A DNA stretch of 64,000 bases from Promethearchaeota archaeon. GTDB taxonomy: Archaea; Asgardarchaeota; Lokiarchaeia; Sigyniarchaeales; SOKP01. This document shows positions 1-10,191 of the stretch, in pieces (within the stretch, counting starts at the first letter, position 1; each line of letters starts with the position of its first letter). The DNA is taken from positions 1 through 64,000 of the forward strand of contig SHMW01000001.1 in assembly GCA_008080735.1 (NCBI GenBank), read 5' to 3'. Under the pieces are notes generated by a model. That model was not told the origin of the DNA. It made no database searches and saw only the letters and a list, made by a program, of their open reading frames with translations. The position numbers were made by a program, and so were the translations under genes.

Positions 1-485
<485 letters not shown>

Positions 486-727
486 ATGGCGTTCGAAAAG
501 GGACATTGTGGTTCAGGCTTAGAACATATAGGTAAGATGTGTATGAGGCTGAAGATTGAAAGGCAAGAAGAAAGAGAGATGCAAAGAAGGCTACTTATGG
601 GTAGGGTGTGTTCCAATGACTTTTATTCTCATTTTTTTATTACCATTCTAATAGGAATAAATTGCTTTTAGAATTGTAATTCATAACCTATAATTATTTT
701 AGAAGATAATAATTTAGACATTATAAG

Positions 728-919
728 ATGAAGTGCGAATATTGCGGCAAGCAGATTGATCATATTCCCTTTCAATGTGAATATTGTGGAAGATATTATT
801 GCGATGACCATCGCCTTCATGAAAATCATTATTGTAGCTATGCTTTGAAAAAATTAGAAGAAGAGCGCTCCGCCACTGTTTGTAGAAAGATAAAAGCATT
901 TTTCCGGCGTCTGTTCTGA
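728..919 (+). CDS. AN1-type zinc finger protein
   Basis: CxxC...PFxCxxCxxxYCxxHRLxExHxC pattern. Confidence 0.85.
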   Translation: MKCEYCGKQIDHIPFQCEYCGRYYCDDHRLHENHYCSYALKKLEEERSATVCRKIKAFFRRLF

Positions 920-1050
920 ATATTTGAAATCTATAACATATGATCCTATTTTATGAAAGCTAATGGAAGTGACACAATTAACAATAAGATAAGATTTTCG
1001 CTAATCTAAAAGATTATATATAAAAGTATCTAACATAAGTATATTCTAAT

Positions 1051-2256
1051 ATGAGTCAAAATTCTCATAAGTTCGATGTTGTCATTTCGGGAGCGGGCCC
1101 GTCGGGTTCAAAATGTGCGGAAATCTTAGCAAAAGCGGGTTATAATGTAGCGCTGATTGAAAAGGATACTACTTGGAGGAAGCCATGTGGGGGAGGGGTA
1201 AGCTCTCGCATTTTTAAATATTTTCCCCAACTTAGAAAAATCAATCCCCATAGAATCAAGAGCATTGGAATGTATTCTGCTGAGTTTGATGAATTAAAGT
1301 TTTCTTGGGAGAGTATGAGAGATGACTCTATTGTGATGGATCGCTTAGAATTAGACACTACTATACGGAATGTAGCCGTGGACGCGGGAGCGCATTTGTT
1401 CGATAACCATCTATCCTATGATTTTATAACGAAACAAGGGAAAAATATAGGAATCAAGACAAAAAATGCATCTGGCTCAGAGGAATTTATTGGAAAAATC
1501 ATTATCATTGCGGACGGGATGAGTTCGAAATTAGCAGTCAAATCGGGCTTACGAGAGAGGTGGGATATTCATGAATTAGGGTTGGCAAAATGCGCGATCA
1601 TGGAAGGAGAGACCTCTTTAGATAAACGATGTATTCATGTGTTTTTCCGACCATATAAGGGTTATGGTTGGATTTTTCCAATAAGCGACACGAAATTTAA
1701 TATTGGTTGCGGAACCTTCGAAGACGCGAATTTAAAGTTTAATTTGAACCACATTTATGAAGAATTTATCCGAGATCCGCATATTAAGAAGATCCTTTCT
1801 GGTCAGGATTATAAAACTCTATGGTCCGCAGCATATCCCCTTCCGGCAAAAGGCGTCAAAAAAAATAGTTTATACGGAGAAAATATTATTCTAATTGGCG
1901 ATACGGCGGGGTTTGTCTCTCCTATCAGCGGAGAAGGCATCCATCCGAGCATCGTATCTGGGAAAGTAGCCGCTGAAACTGCGGTTAAAGCATTAGAGGA
2001 AGAATACATCTCTAAATCAATTCTCAAGGGTTATAGGCGAGACCAGAATATAAACAAAATCATTCAGAATTTTAAACTGAAACGCTCGATGGTCGAATTC
2101 TTTTATGAGAACGATGGTGAAAATCTTTCTAATATGTTGAAATTGGCGAACCAAAATGAATTATTCAGGGAGACGGTTGTAAATATGTTTTTATTTAATG
2201 CTGCACCCTCAAAAGAATTCTTTGCAAAGATTAAAAGTTTTGCAGCAAATAATTAA
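1051..2256 (+). CDS. Geranylgeranyl reductase family flavoprotein
   Basis: GAGPSG FAD motif, KPCGGG, ADG, GYGWIFP, GDTAGFVSPISGEGI. Confidence 0.9.
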   Translation: MSQNSHKFDVVISGAGPSGSKCAEILAKAGYNVALIEKDTTWRKPCGGGVSSRIFKYFPQLRKINPHRIKSIGMYSAEFDELKFSWESMRDDSIVMDRLELDTTIRNVAVDAGAHLFDNHLSYDFITKQGKNIGIKTKNASGSEEFIGKIIIIADGMSSKLAVKSGLRERWDIHELGLAKCAIMEGETSLDKRCIHVFFRPYKGYGWIFPISDTKFNIGCGTFEDANLKFNLNHIYEEFIRDPHIKKILSGQDYKTLWSAAYPLPAKGVKKNSLYGENIILIGDTAGFVSPISGEGIHPSIVSGKVAAETAVKALEEEYISKSILKGYRRDQNINKIIQNFKLKRSMVEFFYENDGENLSNMLKLANQNELFRETVVNMFLFNAAPSKEFFAKIKSFAANN

Positions 2257-2299
2257 GCAACTTATTGAATTAGGCAAATAATCAAGATTTTTATCTAAA

Positions 2300-3367
2300 T
2301 TAATCTAAAAGTTCTTTTACCTCTTTAATCCAATTGGAAATAGTGGTTGCTGAAGCACCATCTATTTGCTTTGCCAGCTCATCAGGATCATTTCCGAGTA
2401 ATTCATTAGCTGATTCAATTCCGATAGCATTGAATTTCTTTTCTGTTTTTGGACCTAGGCGGTATAATTCTGTTAATTTAATAACTTTCTGACTCTCTTC
2501 TTCTATAAGGGATTTCTGGGGCAATGCTTGCTCATCCATTAATTTTTTGGAAACATCCTCCTCAATACTTTCAAAAATCTCAATCGCTTCCACGCAGTTT
2601 AACTCTTTATTAATATAAATCCGTAATTTAAACCCATCTAATTCTAATCTTTCCTTTGAGAATGTTTTTATTGGTTCCCAGTCGGTTTCTACCGATTCTT
2701 TTCCAAAAATTGTAGCTTTTTTTTCTACTGAACCATATAATTCAGAATTTCCAATTAATATATGCCGTCTTTTATATCCCGGTGGCTGTTGACTATCTAA
2801 AACTTTTCTTAAAGTCTCCTTATTATTCCTGTGTAAGGGGCGCTTATTAGGGGATATATGCCTACTCCGAGACTCTTGTCCAAAAGATTTTTGAGAGGAG
2901 TGAATAATTGGTTTTGAATCGATCTTATGCTGATTTGAGGGTGTTTCGGTATCATATGAAAAATATTGTTGATTGATAGCTGGGTTTGGTGCTTTTTGCT
3001 TACTTTTTTCCTTCTTATCAAAACCAAAATGGTGTATAAACTCTGTCAGTTCGTCTCCCTCATCGATTGATACGATTTTACATCGATGGAAATGTGCTTC
3101 TTGTACTAATTCCGTCTGTAAGCTGGCAGCCACTCGAGATGCGATAAACTTTTTCCGGACTGATGATTCTGTGCCTTTCCAGATGTATATCCTTCGAATC
3201 TCTTCTTTTACGATAATAATTACTTCATTTGGTTGTAAAAGAGCTTCACCGTTATTCTTCCTGAACACCTCCTCATCAATGTCAACTCGGATTCTTTCAC
3301 CGTTATTTTTGAGCTTAAATACCATGAAATTAGAATAGGAACTTACCATTTGCATTGTAATAATCAA
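2300..3367 (-). CDS. Asgard gelsolin-domain protein (single gelsolin domain + extra domain + C-terminal HhH-like domain)
   Basis: IYIWKGTESSVRKKFIA...IDEGDELTEF gelsolin signature. C-terminal LYRLGPKTEKKFNAIGI..ELAKQIDG is HhH-like. Real start may be a downstream ATG. Confidence 0.8.
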   Translation of the reverse strand: MIITMQMVSSYSNFMVFKLKNNGERIRVDIDEEVFRKNNGEALLQPNEVIIIVKEEIRRIYIWKGTESSVRKKFIASRVAASLQTELVQEAHFHRCKIVSIDEGDELTEFIHHFGFDKKEKSKQKAPNPAINQQYFSYDTETPSNQHKIDSKPIIHSSQKSFGQESRSRHISPNKRPLHRNNKETLRKVLDSQQPPGYKRRHILIGNSELYGSVEKKATIFGKESVETDWEPIKTFSKERLELDGFKLRIYINKELNCVEAIEIFESIEEDVSKKLMDEQALPQKSLIEEESQKVIKLTELYRLGPKTEKKFNAIGIESANELLGNDPDELAKQIDGASATTISNWIKEVKELLD

Positions 3368-3505
3368 CTATTAATTTAAATTTTGATATTTATCTCTTTA
3401 CCCTCTTGCTTGAAAAGGTAGAGAGAGTACTAATTTTTTGTTAAATGCTCTTTAAATCACCATAACACCAAAATTTAGCATTGATTTTAGTTCTTTCAAT
3501 CATTT

Positions 3506-4213
3506 CTATCCACATTTTTCCAAACTTAATCGATAACCTTTATATGATTGTAAGAAATAGCAGAAAAGGAAAGAATATTGCGATAACTTTTGATAGCTTG
3601 CTTGGATTATTACTTTATCCGATACTGGCAAGAGAGAGGTACTAAAAGTAAGAATTATATAAATTACCGCAGCTATGAGTAAAAATAGATATGCATAACC
3701 ATAAATGTTTGGAAATTCCTTATTTTTCATTACTGCAATAAAATAGAAGAATGCGAAAATTGAACCCGAAAGATTAAATAAGGTCGCAAATAGCATATGG
3801 ATATTTCCGAAAATATCCCATGGAGTAAGAATTGTTAATATCAAAAACCCAGCAGCAAAAATTCCCGCAAAAGAACCTGCTAGGGCAATCTTGTGTTGAT
3901 TTTCATCGACCTCAAAAAATTTTGGCATCAGAAATATAAAGGGAATAAATGACACACTAAATATGAGCGCAGCTGGAGTAAAAATGATAAATGAGATGAG
4001 ATTTGATTCCCCAGAAAGTGCGATAGTCCGCCCAAGATCGCTGAAATAATTCCCCCATATATAAAATCCTGGGCTGGTGGCATCATACAACGTCCCTCCC
4101 GGATAAAAACACATCGATATTAACCCAACAATAAAATATTGAATAGGAGCAATCATTGCAAAAATAAATCCTAAAGAATCCCAATTATTGATAAATTTCA
4201 AATGTTTCATCAT
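3506..4213 (-). CDS. Multi-pass membrane protein (DUF998-like)
   Basis: About 6 hydrophobic segments, YPGG...NYFSDLG motif. Confidence 0.7.
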   Translation of the reverse strand: MMKHLKFINNWDSLGFIFAMIAPIQYFIVGLISMCFYPGGTLYDATSPGFYIWGNYFSDLGRTIALSGESNLISFIIFTPAALIFSVSFIPFIFLMPKFFEVDENQHKIALAGSFAGIFAAGFLILTILTPWDIFGNIHMLFATLFNLSGSIFAFFYFIAVMKNKEFPNIYGYAYLFLLIAAVIYIILTFSTSLLPVSDKVIIQASYQKLSQYSFLFCYFLQSYKGYRLSLEKCG

Positions 4214-4392
4214 TATATTATCACAACCTTATTTTTTATCTTCATATAAAAACTAATAAGAAAAAACTCTAAGCTATTCATATTAGAAGACTTAAAATAC
4301 AAAAGGTTATATAGCTGTTTCCCCATATCAAATTTATTATATAATATTGAAATAAGTAAAATAAAAAACAAATCACGGTCTGGGGTATCAAT

Positions 4393-5526
4393 TTGGAATT
4401 CTCGATTGGAGAATGGACAGTTCTTTTAATAACAATAGCCTTTGGAATTTTAGTCATTTTATTTCTTATCCAGGCAGTTATTCGAAAAAGATATGCGTGG
4501 TCTTTTCTAATTAGTTTAGTATTTGGGCTTTTAGCAGGATTAGCCGCAATCTTTGGAGAAGTAGTATTTTCGGGAAATACTTCTTTACAATTCTTTTCTC
4601 GCTCGCTTCATCTCAATCTATATGGTTTTCATTTCTTTTTCTTTTACATTTTCTTTGAAAGATTAATTTCGAAAAAGATTAACTCAATCCGTCTCTCAAT
4701 CATGATAGCATTGTTATTAACGCAAACAATAGGCTTATGGTTAGTGTTTTATAACGGGATAAACGGATTTAATACAGATATCGCCTGGGTACTCGCTGAT
4801 ATTGGGTATTGGACTCCTGCTTTATTTGTATATTTAGGTTTGGGGGTTCCTATCTTCATTAAAACATATCTGTATACAAAAGAGATTAGACCAATCATTT
4901 TAAGCGCAGCTTTAATTTTAGTGGGATTTGGATTTATAATATCAATGCTAAATGATATTTATTTTATTTTGGGTGTCTTTGGAAGTCCCGCTACCGCCCC
5001 AGATATTTTAACTGAGATTTCAGAGATAGCGAATATTTTTCCTTCTATTGGTGTCATTTTATTTGTTATCACTTATCTAACAAATATAGATTATATTTAT
5101 CGATTACCCAATGATAATTATCTTTTGATGGTACTAAGAAAGGATGGAAGTCCCATCCATTCGGTCCATTTCAAAACAAGGAAACAAGTAGAGATTCAAG
5201 ACATCCTATTATCCGGTATGATCTCTGCAATTAATAGTGTTTTTAAAGAGGTCTTCAAGAAAGAGGCTAGCGTTCGGAATATTAACAGTAGAGGGATTAA
5301 CATACTCTTAGAACCTGGTGAAAATATTCTTGCGGTAATTATAACGGATAACGTATCATATTTTTTGGATCAAGGATTAAAACGATACGTAATCACTTTT
5401 GAACAGACCTTTGCCAATGAGCTGAAGAAAAAAGAAGAAAATCTTAAAGTTTATGAAAGCGCTATAGCTTTACTAAACTCTATTTTCCCTTTTTTCATCG
5501 TGGATTATGAGGCAACGAAAAAATAA
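4393..5526 (+). CDS. 7-TM membrane protein with C-terminal longin/roadblock-like domain
   Basis: Seven hydrophobic segments, then LMVLRKDGSPIHS...LLSGMISAINSVFKEV (longin-like). Confidence 0.7.
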   Translation: MEFSIGEWTVLLITIAFGILVILFLIQAVIRKRYAWSFLISLVFGLLAGLAAIFGEVVFSGNTSLQFFSRSLHLNLYGFHFFFFYIFFERLISKKINSIRLSIMIALLLTQTIGLWLVFYNGINGFNTDIAWVLADIGYWTPALFVYLGLGVPIFIKTYLYTKEIRPIILSAALILVGFGFIISMLNDIYFILGVFGSPATAPDILTEISEIANIFPSIGVILFVITYLTNIDYIYRLPNDNYLLMVLRKDGSPIHSVHFKTRKQVEIQDILLSGMISAINSVFKEVFKKEASVRNINSRGINILLEPGENILAVIITDNVSYFLDQGLKRYVITFEQTFANELKKKEENLKVYESAIALLNSIFPFFIVDYEATKK

Positions 5527-5574
5527 TTTTTTTTATTTTTTTAAATTAAGCGTATCCCTGATTTTAGCTATTAT

Positions 5575-6405
5575 TTATTTTGATTTTTCCATAAGATTTT
5601 CAAGATATTCGATCTGTGAAGTGAAATCGCAATCAATCGCGTTTTTTGGACATTTTAAATCGCAAATATAACATCTATCACAATCTTTTATCCATTTAGG
5701 GTAAGGATCTAAGATAATAGCATCCCAAGGGCAAACCTGGGCGCATAGACCGCACTTGTCACATTTTTCCTCATTTAATGTAAACTCGGGAAACCACTCT
5801 TGAATACCTTCCCATGACCATATTTTCGCGGTTTCATTATCTTTCTTCCAGAAATCCGTCTTTTCTTCAAGATCTTGATCTAAACATCTTTTTAATAACG
5901 ATTGTCCAAATGTTCTCGCTAGATTTAATTCATTCTCATTAGGATGTCCAAAAGAGGATTTTAACCATCCATAATGACCATTTGAATTTGATTGATTTGC
6001 ATACATTTGATGTATATCCCATCCAATCCACTTGTCCCGTCCATCTATAATCTTCATTTCCTTTTTATTAAGAACCTCTTTCATTTGATTGAGCGTACTC
6101 CCCGGATTTCCTCCACTTGTACAAAATAAAAACCCTGGTTTATTTTTTAATCTTGGAAAATGTTGAAGTTCAAATAAAATATGATAGGGAGGATGAAAAT
6201 AATATACTGGGACACCAATTCCTATTAAATCATATTTATTAAAATTAAATTTCTCTATCAAATCGATATCTTTTTTGTATTTCCTTAATCTAATCAAATC
6301 GCATCTATTTTCTCCCTTGCTTAAGCCTTCTGCTATTTTTTCCGCAATTAATTTAGTATTTCCCGTAACAACTTGAGAAAAATAAAAAATTACACTTCTT
6401 ATCAT
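5575..6405 (-). CDS. Flavodoxin-ferredoxin fusion (EFR1-like)
   Basis: YFS..TGNT flavodoxin motif and two CxxCxxCxxxCP clusters. Confidence 0.85.
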   Translation of the reverse strand: MIRSVIFYFSQVVTGNTKLIAEKIAEGLSKGENRCDLIRLRKYKKDIDLIEKFNFNKYDLIGIGVPVYYFHPPYHILFELQHFPRLKNKPGFLFCTSGGNPGSTLNQMKEVLNKKEMKIIDGRDKWIGWDIHQMYANQSNSNGHYGWLKSSFGHPNENELNLARTFGQSLLKRCLDQDLEEKTDFWKKDNETAKIWSWEGIQEWFPEFTLNEEKCDKCGLCAQVCPWDAIILDPYPKWIKDCDRCYICDLKCPKNAIDCDFTSQIEYLENLMEKSK

Positions 6406-6428
6406 GAAATATTATGTTTTTTTGTAAG

Positions 6429-7829
6429 CTATTCTGAATTTATAATATTCTTTATTTCTGGTTCAATTGATTGATATGAATCGATAAGCAAAGAATTTTG
6501 TTTATCAAGATAGATCAAAACTTTTGTTATTCCAAAACCATGAATTTTTTGTAAAAAGGTCTCATTACTTCTATAAAAAATTTCAGGGGGATTATTTTTT
6601 TCCTGTATCCAAATAGTTTGTTCTTCCTCTTCCTTAAATTTCATTTCAACATCTTTAGACAGATCAGATGGAGGGATTTTAGTTGTCATATATTTTGTAA
6701 AAGCATTCTTTGGAGTATGGATGAAAAGCTCATTCGGAAACGCTTCTTTTAGTTTTTTTAGATGCGAGTGTATTCGAAATTTTATAATATCCGTTTCTGA
6801 CTCAGATTTTGAGGTAAAAATGGAATAATTTTTGATTTTGAAAGACTTCTTTCGAAATAGCACCGCTTCCAGTATTTTTTTTAGATATTTCGCTTCTGAA
6901 TCTAGCATTGAATTTCTAAGCTCGCGATATTCTTGAAAGAATTTGCTAAGTATACAAAAATCTGAAAATTCCACAAACTTCATAGAGTCTTGTTCTGTAG
7001 ATAATATCTCATTTAATTCTTTGTGGTTTTGAAATGAAGGAAATTCCGATTTACTTATTAAATCATGCCCAGCAACCATTAACATATAAGTAAAATATGA
7101 GCTAGTCTTATGAGTGTAAACTCTATCATGCAAGGAAAAACGAGAAATTATAAATTGTTCGATATCTCTTATGGCTTTGCTATCTAAAACAATTCTTTTA
7201 TTTTGATAAGGCTTAAAACTACTAAGGAGGTAATGATAATTTATGTTTCCAAATCCCACTCCCGTGAAAAAAGAATCTCGTAATATATAATCCAATCTAT
7301 CTGAATCTAATTCCCAATTTATAATTCTATTGAGAATTAAATTTTCAATATCTTTTCCTTCGATTAGATTGCAAATCAGATTTAGATCATAGCTATGATC
7401 TGCTAGGATATCTTTAATATAGGAATTCTTTATTAAATATATTCCAAATTCTTCATGTGGAAGTGTTAAAAATGAAGGAAAACCCTCTAAAGGAAAATCA
7501 TCTTGTTTACCATAGAATTCAAGAGCATGTGAAAATGGAAAATGTCCTATATCATGTAATAGAGCAGCCATTTTTAAATTCTTAACACTAAATTCGTCAA
7601 GAAGCCCCTCGCTCTTTCTGTTTAATTCGAATGCAATCTCTTTTGTTAGATGAAACACCCCTAAAGAATGTGTGAATCTATCGTGCGTAGCTGTCGGATA
7701 TACATAATTAGCCAATGCCAATTGTTTTATTCTACGTAGTCTCTGAAATATTGGGGTATCTATGATATAAGATTCTACTTTATTAAATTCTATCAATCCA
7801 AATAATGGATCATTTATTTTTCGTACCAT
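6429..7829 (-). CDS. HD-domain phosphohydrolase (SAMHD1/YwfO-like dNTPase family)
   Basis: FQRLRRIKQL, HDRFTHSLG, LLHDIGHFPFSH, LDSDRLDYILRDS. Confidence 0.9.
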   Translation of the reverse strand: MVRKINDPLFGLIEFNKVESYIIDTPIFQRLRRIKQLALANYVYPTATHDRFTHSLGVFHLTKEIAFELNRKSEGLLDEFSVKNLKMAALLHDIGHFPFSHALEFYGKQDDFPLEGFPSFLTLPHEEFGIYLIKNSYIKDILADHSYDLNLICNLIEGKDIENLILNRIINWELDSDRLDYILRDSFFTGVGFGNINYHYLLSSFKPYQNKRIVLDSKAIRDIEQFIISRFSLHDRVYTHKTSSYFTYMLMVAGHDLISKSEFPSFQNHKELNEILSTEQDSMKFVEFSDFCILSKFFQEYRELRNSMLDSEAKYLKKILEAVLFRKKSFKIKNYSIFTSKSESETDIIKFRIHSHLKKLKEAFPNELFIHTPKNAFTKYMTTKIPPSDLSKDVEMKFKEEEEQTIWIQEKNNPPEIFYRSNETFLQKIHGFGITKVLIYLDKQNSLLIDSYQSIEPEIKNIINSE

Positions 7830-7851
7830 CTTCTTAATAAAAAAAGTAACT

Positions 7852-8346
7852 CTATTCTAATAGACCTTGAGATTTTAAATCTCTCAGCGTTTTCTCAATA
7901 TCAAATGCTCTGAAGAGATCGGGTTTAAACTTTCTTACGACTTGAATTAGTTTTCGCTTATTTTGGTCCTTTATATACATATCTTTATAGATATACAATA
8001 CACTGGCGTAAAATTCTAATTCCTTAATATTCTTTCCCCATAGTTGAAAAATTTTCTTTACCTTACTGAGAATTTCATTTTCCTTTGGGGAAAAATCGAT
8101 ATCGGGAAAATAATCTAATTTTTGCCGATTTAAATTTAAAACCGAATAATACATATCCGTCAAATCAGGAGAATAGGGCCCATATTTGTAAAAATTATAT
8201 TTGATATCCAAATCAAGACCAAGTTTTTGAAGAAAATAAAATATTTTCTGAATGATCAATCTCCTCTCAAAATCATCTGATCCCTTCGTTTCTATCTCTA
8301 AAACATCACAGATCTTCCTAAATTTGACAATTTTTTGTATAGTCAA
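7852..8346 (-). CDS. YwgA-like winged-helix protein
   Basis: RLIIQKIFYFLQ...YNFYKYGPYSPDL...ELEFYAS, directly upstream of the HD gene. Confidence 0.7.
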   Translation of the reverse strand: MTIQKIVKFRKICDVLEIETKGSDDFERRLIIQKIFYFLQKLGLDLDIKYNFYKYGPYSPDLTDMYYSVLNLNRQKLDYFPDIDFSPKENEILSKVKKIFQLWGKNIKELEFYASVLYIYKDMYIKDQNKRKLIQVVRKFKPDLFRAFDIEKTLRDLKSQGLLE

Positions 8347-8566
8347 TAGTAATACTAACTATATTTGGTTTTTTTGCTCTATAGAAGTTTATTTCTTATT
8401 TATAATACTAGGTGCTCATCGTTTTTTAATTTAATATCAAAATATTAATAATCTCGAAGAAAAGAATAAATCACCATAGATGAATAATAGAATCAAAATT
8501 CTATAATCGATGATTATAAATTACACAACGAATTTTCTTCTAACATAATTCTAAAGATGATTTAAT

Positions 8567-9001
8567 ATGGATGCCTTGGTTAATGAATTCCCAGTTATCA
8601 TTGAAATCCCTATACTCTGGGGACAAATGGATTCATTCCAACACCTAAATAATGTAATGTACTTTCGGTTCTTTGAGAGTGCGAGGATAGCATATTTTCA
8701 AAAAATTGGTTTTTTAGATTATATGGATGAAACGGGCATTGGACCTATCCTAGCATCCACAAACTGTAAATATCTAAAACCTATAACATTTCCCGATACC
8801 ATTTTTGTTGGAGCCAAGGTAACCGAAATGAAAGATGATCGATTTTTGATGAAATATGCGCTAAAAAGCGAGCAAGCTGACGATCTCGCGGCAATAGGAG
8901 AGGCTAAAGTAGTATGTTATAATTATAACCAGAATACTACATCAGAATTACCCAAAAAGATTAAACAATATATTATAGATTTAGAAGGAGATTTGGATTA
9001 G
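8567..9001 (+). CDS. Acyl-CoA thioesterase (4HBT/YbgC family)
   Basis: WGQMDSFQHLNNVMYFRFFESAR. Confidence 0.9.
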   Translation: MDALVNEFPVIIEIPILWGQMDSFQHLNNVMYFRFFESARIAYFQKIGFLDYMDETGIGPILASTNCKYLKPITFPDTIFVGAKVTEMKDDRFLMKYALKSEQADDLAAIGEAKVVCYNYNQNTTSELPKKIKQYIIDLEGDLD

Positions 9002-9003
9002 GT

Positions 9004-9321
9004 TTGGGTCGAGATAAAAAATGGAAGACACGGAGGGAGAAACTAATGGAAGTTTTGGAAAATATGGGAGAAATTAATAATTTAAAAAAGATCTTGAGGG
9101 AACTGGAATATCCAAGGAAAAAACGCTTGATCAATGATATTAAACATATTGCCAAAACTTTTAAACATCAAGGGCTCCAAATCTTAGTCCGCCCCGCTTC
9201 TTGTAAAGCTTGCGGCTATCCATTTAATCAAAAAGGATTGACTTTAAAAATTCCTTCTAAATGTCCTAAATGTAAGGAGGAAAGAATTAAATGGCCCTCA
9301 ATTAAGATTGAAGAAGCATGA
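9004..9321 (+). CDS. HTH + Zn-ribbon predicted transcriptional regulator
   Basis: TRREKL...DIKHIAKT...PASCKACGYPF...PSKCPKCKEERI. Confidence 0.8.
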   Translation: MGRDKKWKTRREKLMEVLENMGEINNLKKILRELEYPRKKRLINDIKHIAKTFKHQGLQILVRPASCKACGYPFNQKGLTLKIPSKCPKCKEERIKWPSIKIEEA

Positions 9322-9371
9322 GGTACGTTCCTTCCTATGAGTGGAGATTTACCCTTTTCTTTTCTCTATTT

Positions 9372-9890
9372 TTATTCAACATATTTTATTGTTGGATTTA
9401 TTCCCCCTTCTTTAGATATAACTAACACTATATATGATGCGGAGGGCCCATAATATGATTTTTCGAGGTATCCTTTTCCAGGATTCAATATCAAGAGCCT
9501 TCCTCGCTTTTCTATCTTCGCTGAATGAGTATGACCGAAAATTAGGATTTCTATCTCGCTTTTTTCAAAACTTCTATAGGCGCACTTTTCTGCTTTCTGA
9601 TCACGCCCTCCGGCAGCCGGATGTACTAAACCAAATCTGATATTGTTAATCGAAAACTTTCTTTTGTGAGTCAATTTCTTTCTTATGCTTAATGGGTCCG
9701 CGTTTCCATATACCCCGATAAAGTTATCCTGTTTTATGCATATAAACGTTTCAAGGACACTTTCCGAAATGAAATCTCCGGTATGAATCAACCAGTCAGA
9801 ATTATTGATCTCTTTCATTATCTTGTCGGGAAATTTATCCATTGAACGGAGATGTGTATCACCGATAATAATTATTTTTAAATCAAGCAT
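9372..9890 (-). CDS. YfcE-like metallophosphoesterase
   Basis: GDTH, HTGD, GNAD, FGHTH, LNPG. Confidence 0.9.
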   Translation of the reverse strand: MLDLKIIIIGDTHLRSMDKFPDKIMKEINNSDWLIHTGDFISESVLETFICIKQDNFIGVYGNADPLSIRKKLTHKRKFSINNIRFGLVHPAAGGRDQKAEKCAYRSFEKSEIEILIFGHTHSAKIEKRGRLLILNPGKGYLEKSYYGPSASYIVLVISKEGGINPTIKYVE

Positions 9891-9943
9891 TTATTAAATA
9901 CAATTCCAACTTATTTTGGACAATTCATATTTATATAAGTAAA

Positions 9944-10102
9944 ATGGATAAAAATAAAAAATTTACACGGATTCAAGATCAAGAAGAAAATAAAGACCCA
10001 AATACATCCGTATCAGATGTGATTCAATTCTTACAACTATTTAAACTGATGGGAAGGAAGCTACAAGACAAATTTGATGAACTTGACTCTAAATCATCTT
10101 AA
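9944..10102 (+). CDS. Small hypothetical protein, 52 aa (below ORF-track cutoff)
   Basis: ATG directly after TATA-like TTTATATAA. Reads MDKNKKFTRIQDQEENKDPNTSVSDVIQFLQLFKLMGRKLQDKFDELDSKSS*. Confidence 0.5.
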   Translation: MDKNKKFTRIQDQEENKDPNTSVSDVIQFLQLFKLMGRKLQDKFDELDSKSS

Positions 10103-10191
10103 TTCAACACAAATTACTATAAATTATCGAAAACCCGGCCTCACATATCTTTAAGATAGAGAATCTAATAAAACATAAAAAAATAAATTAA

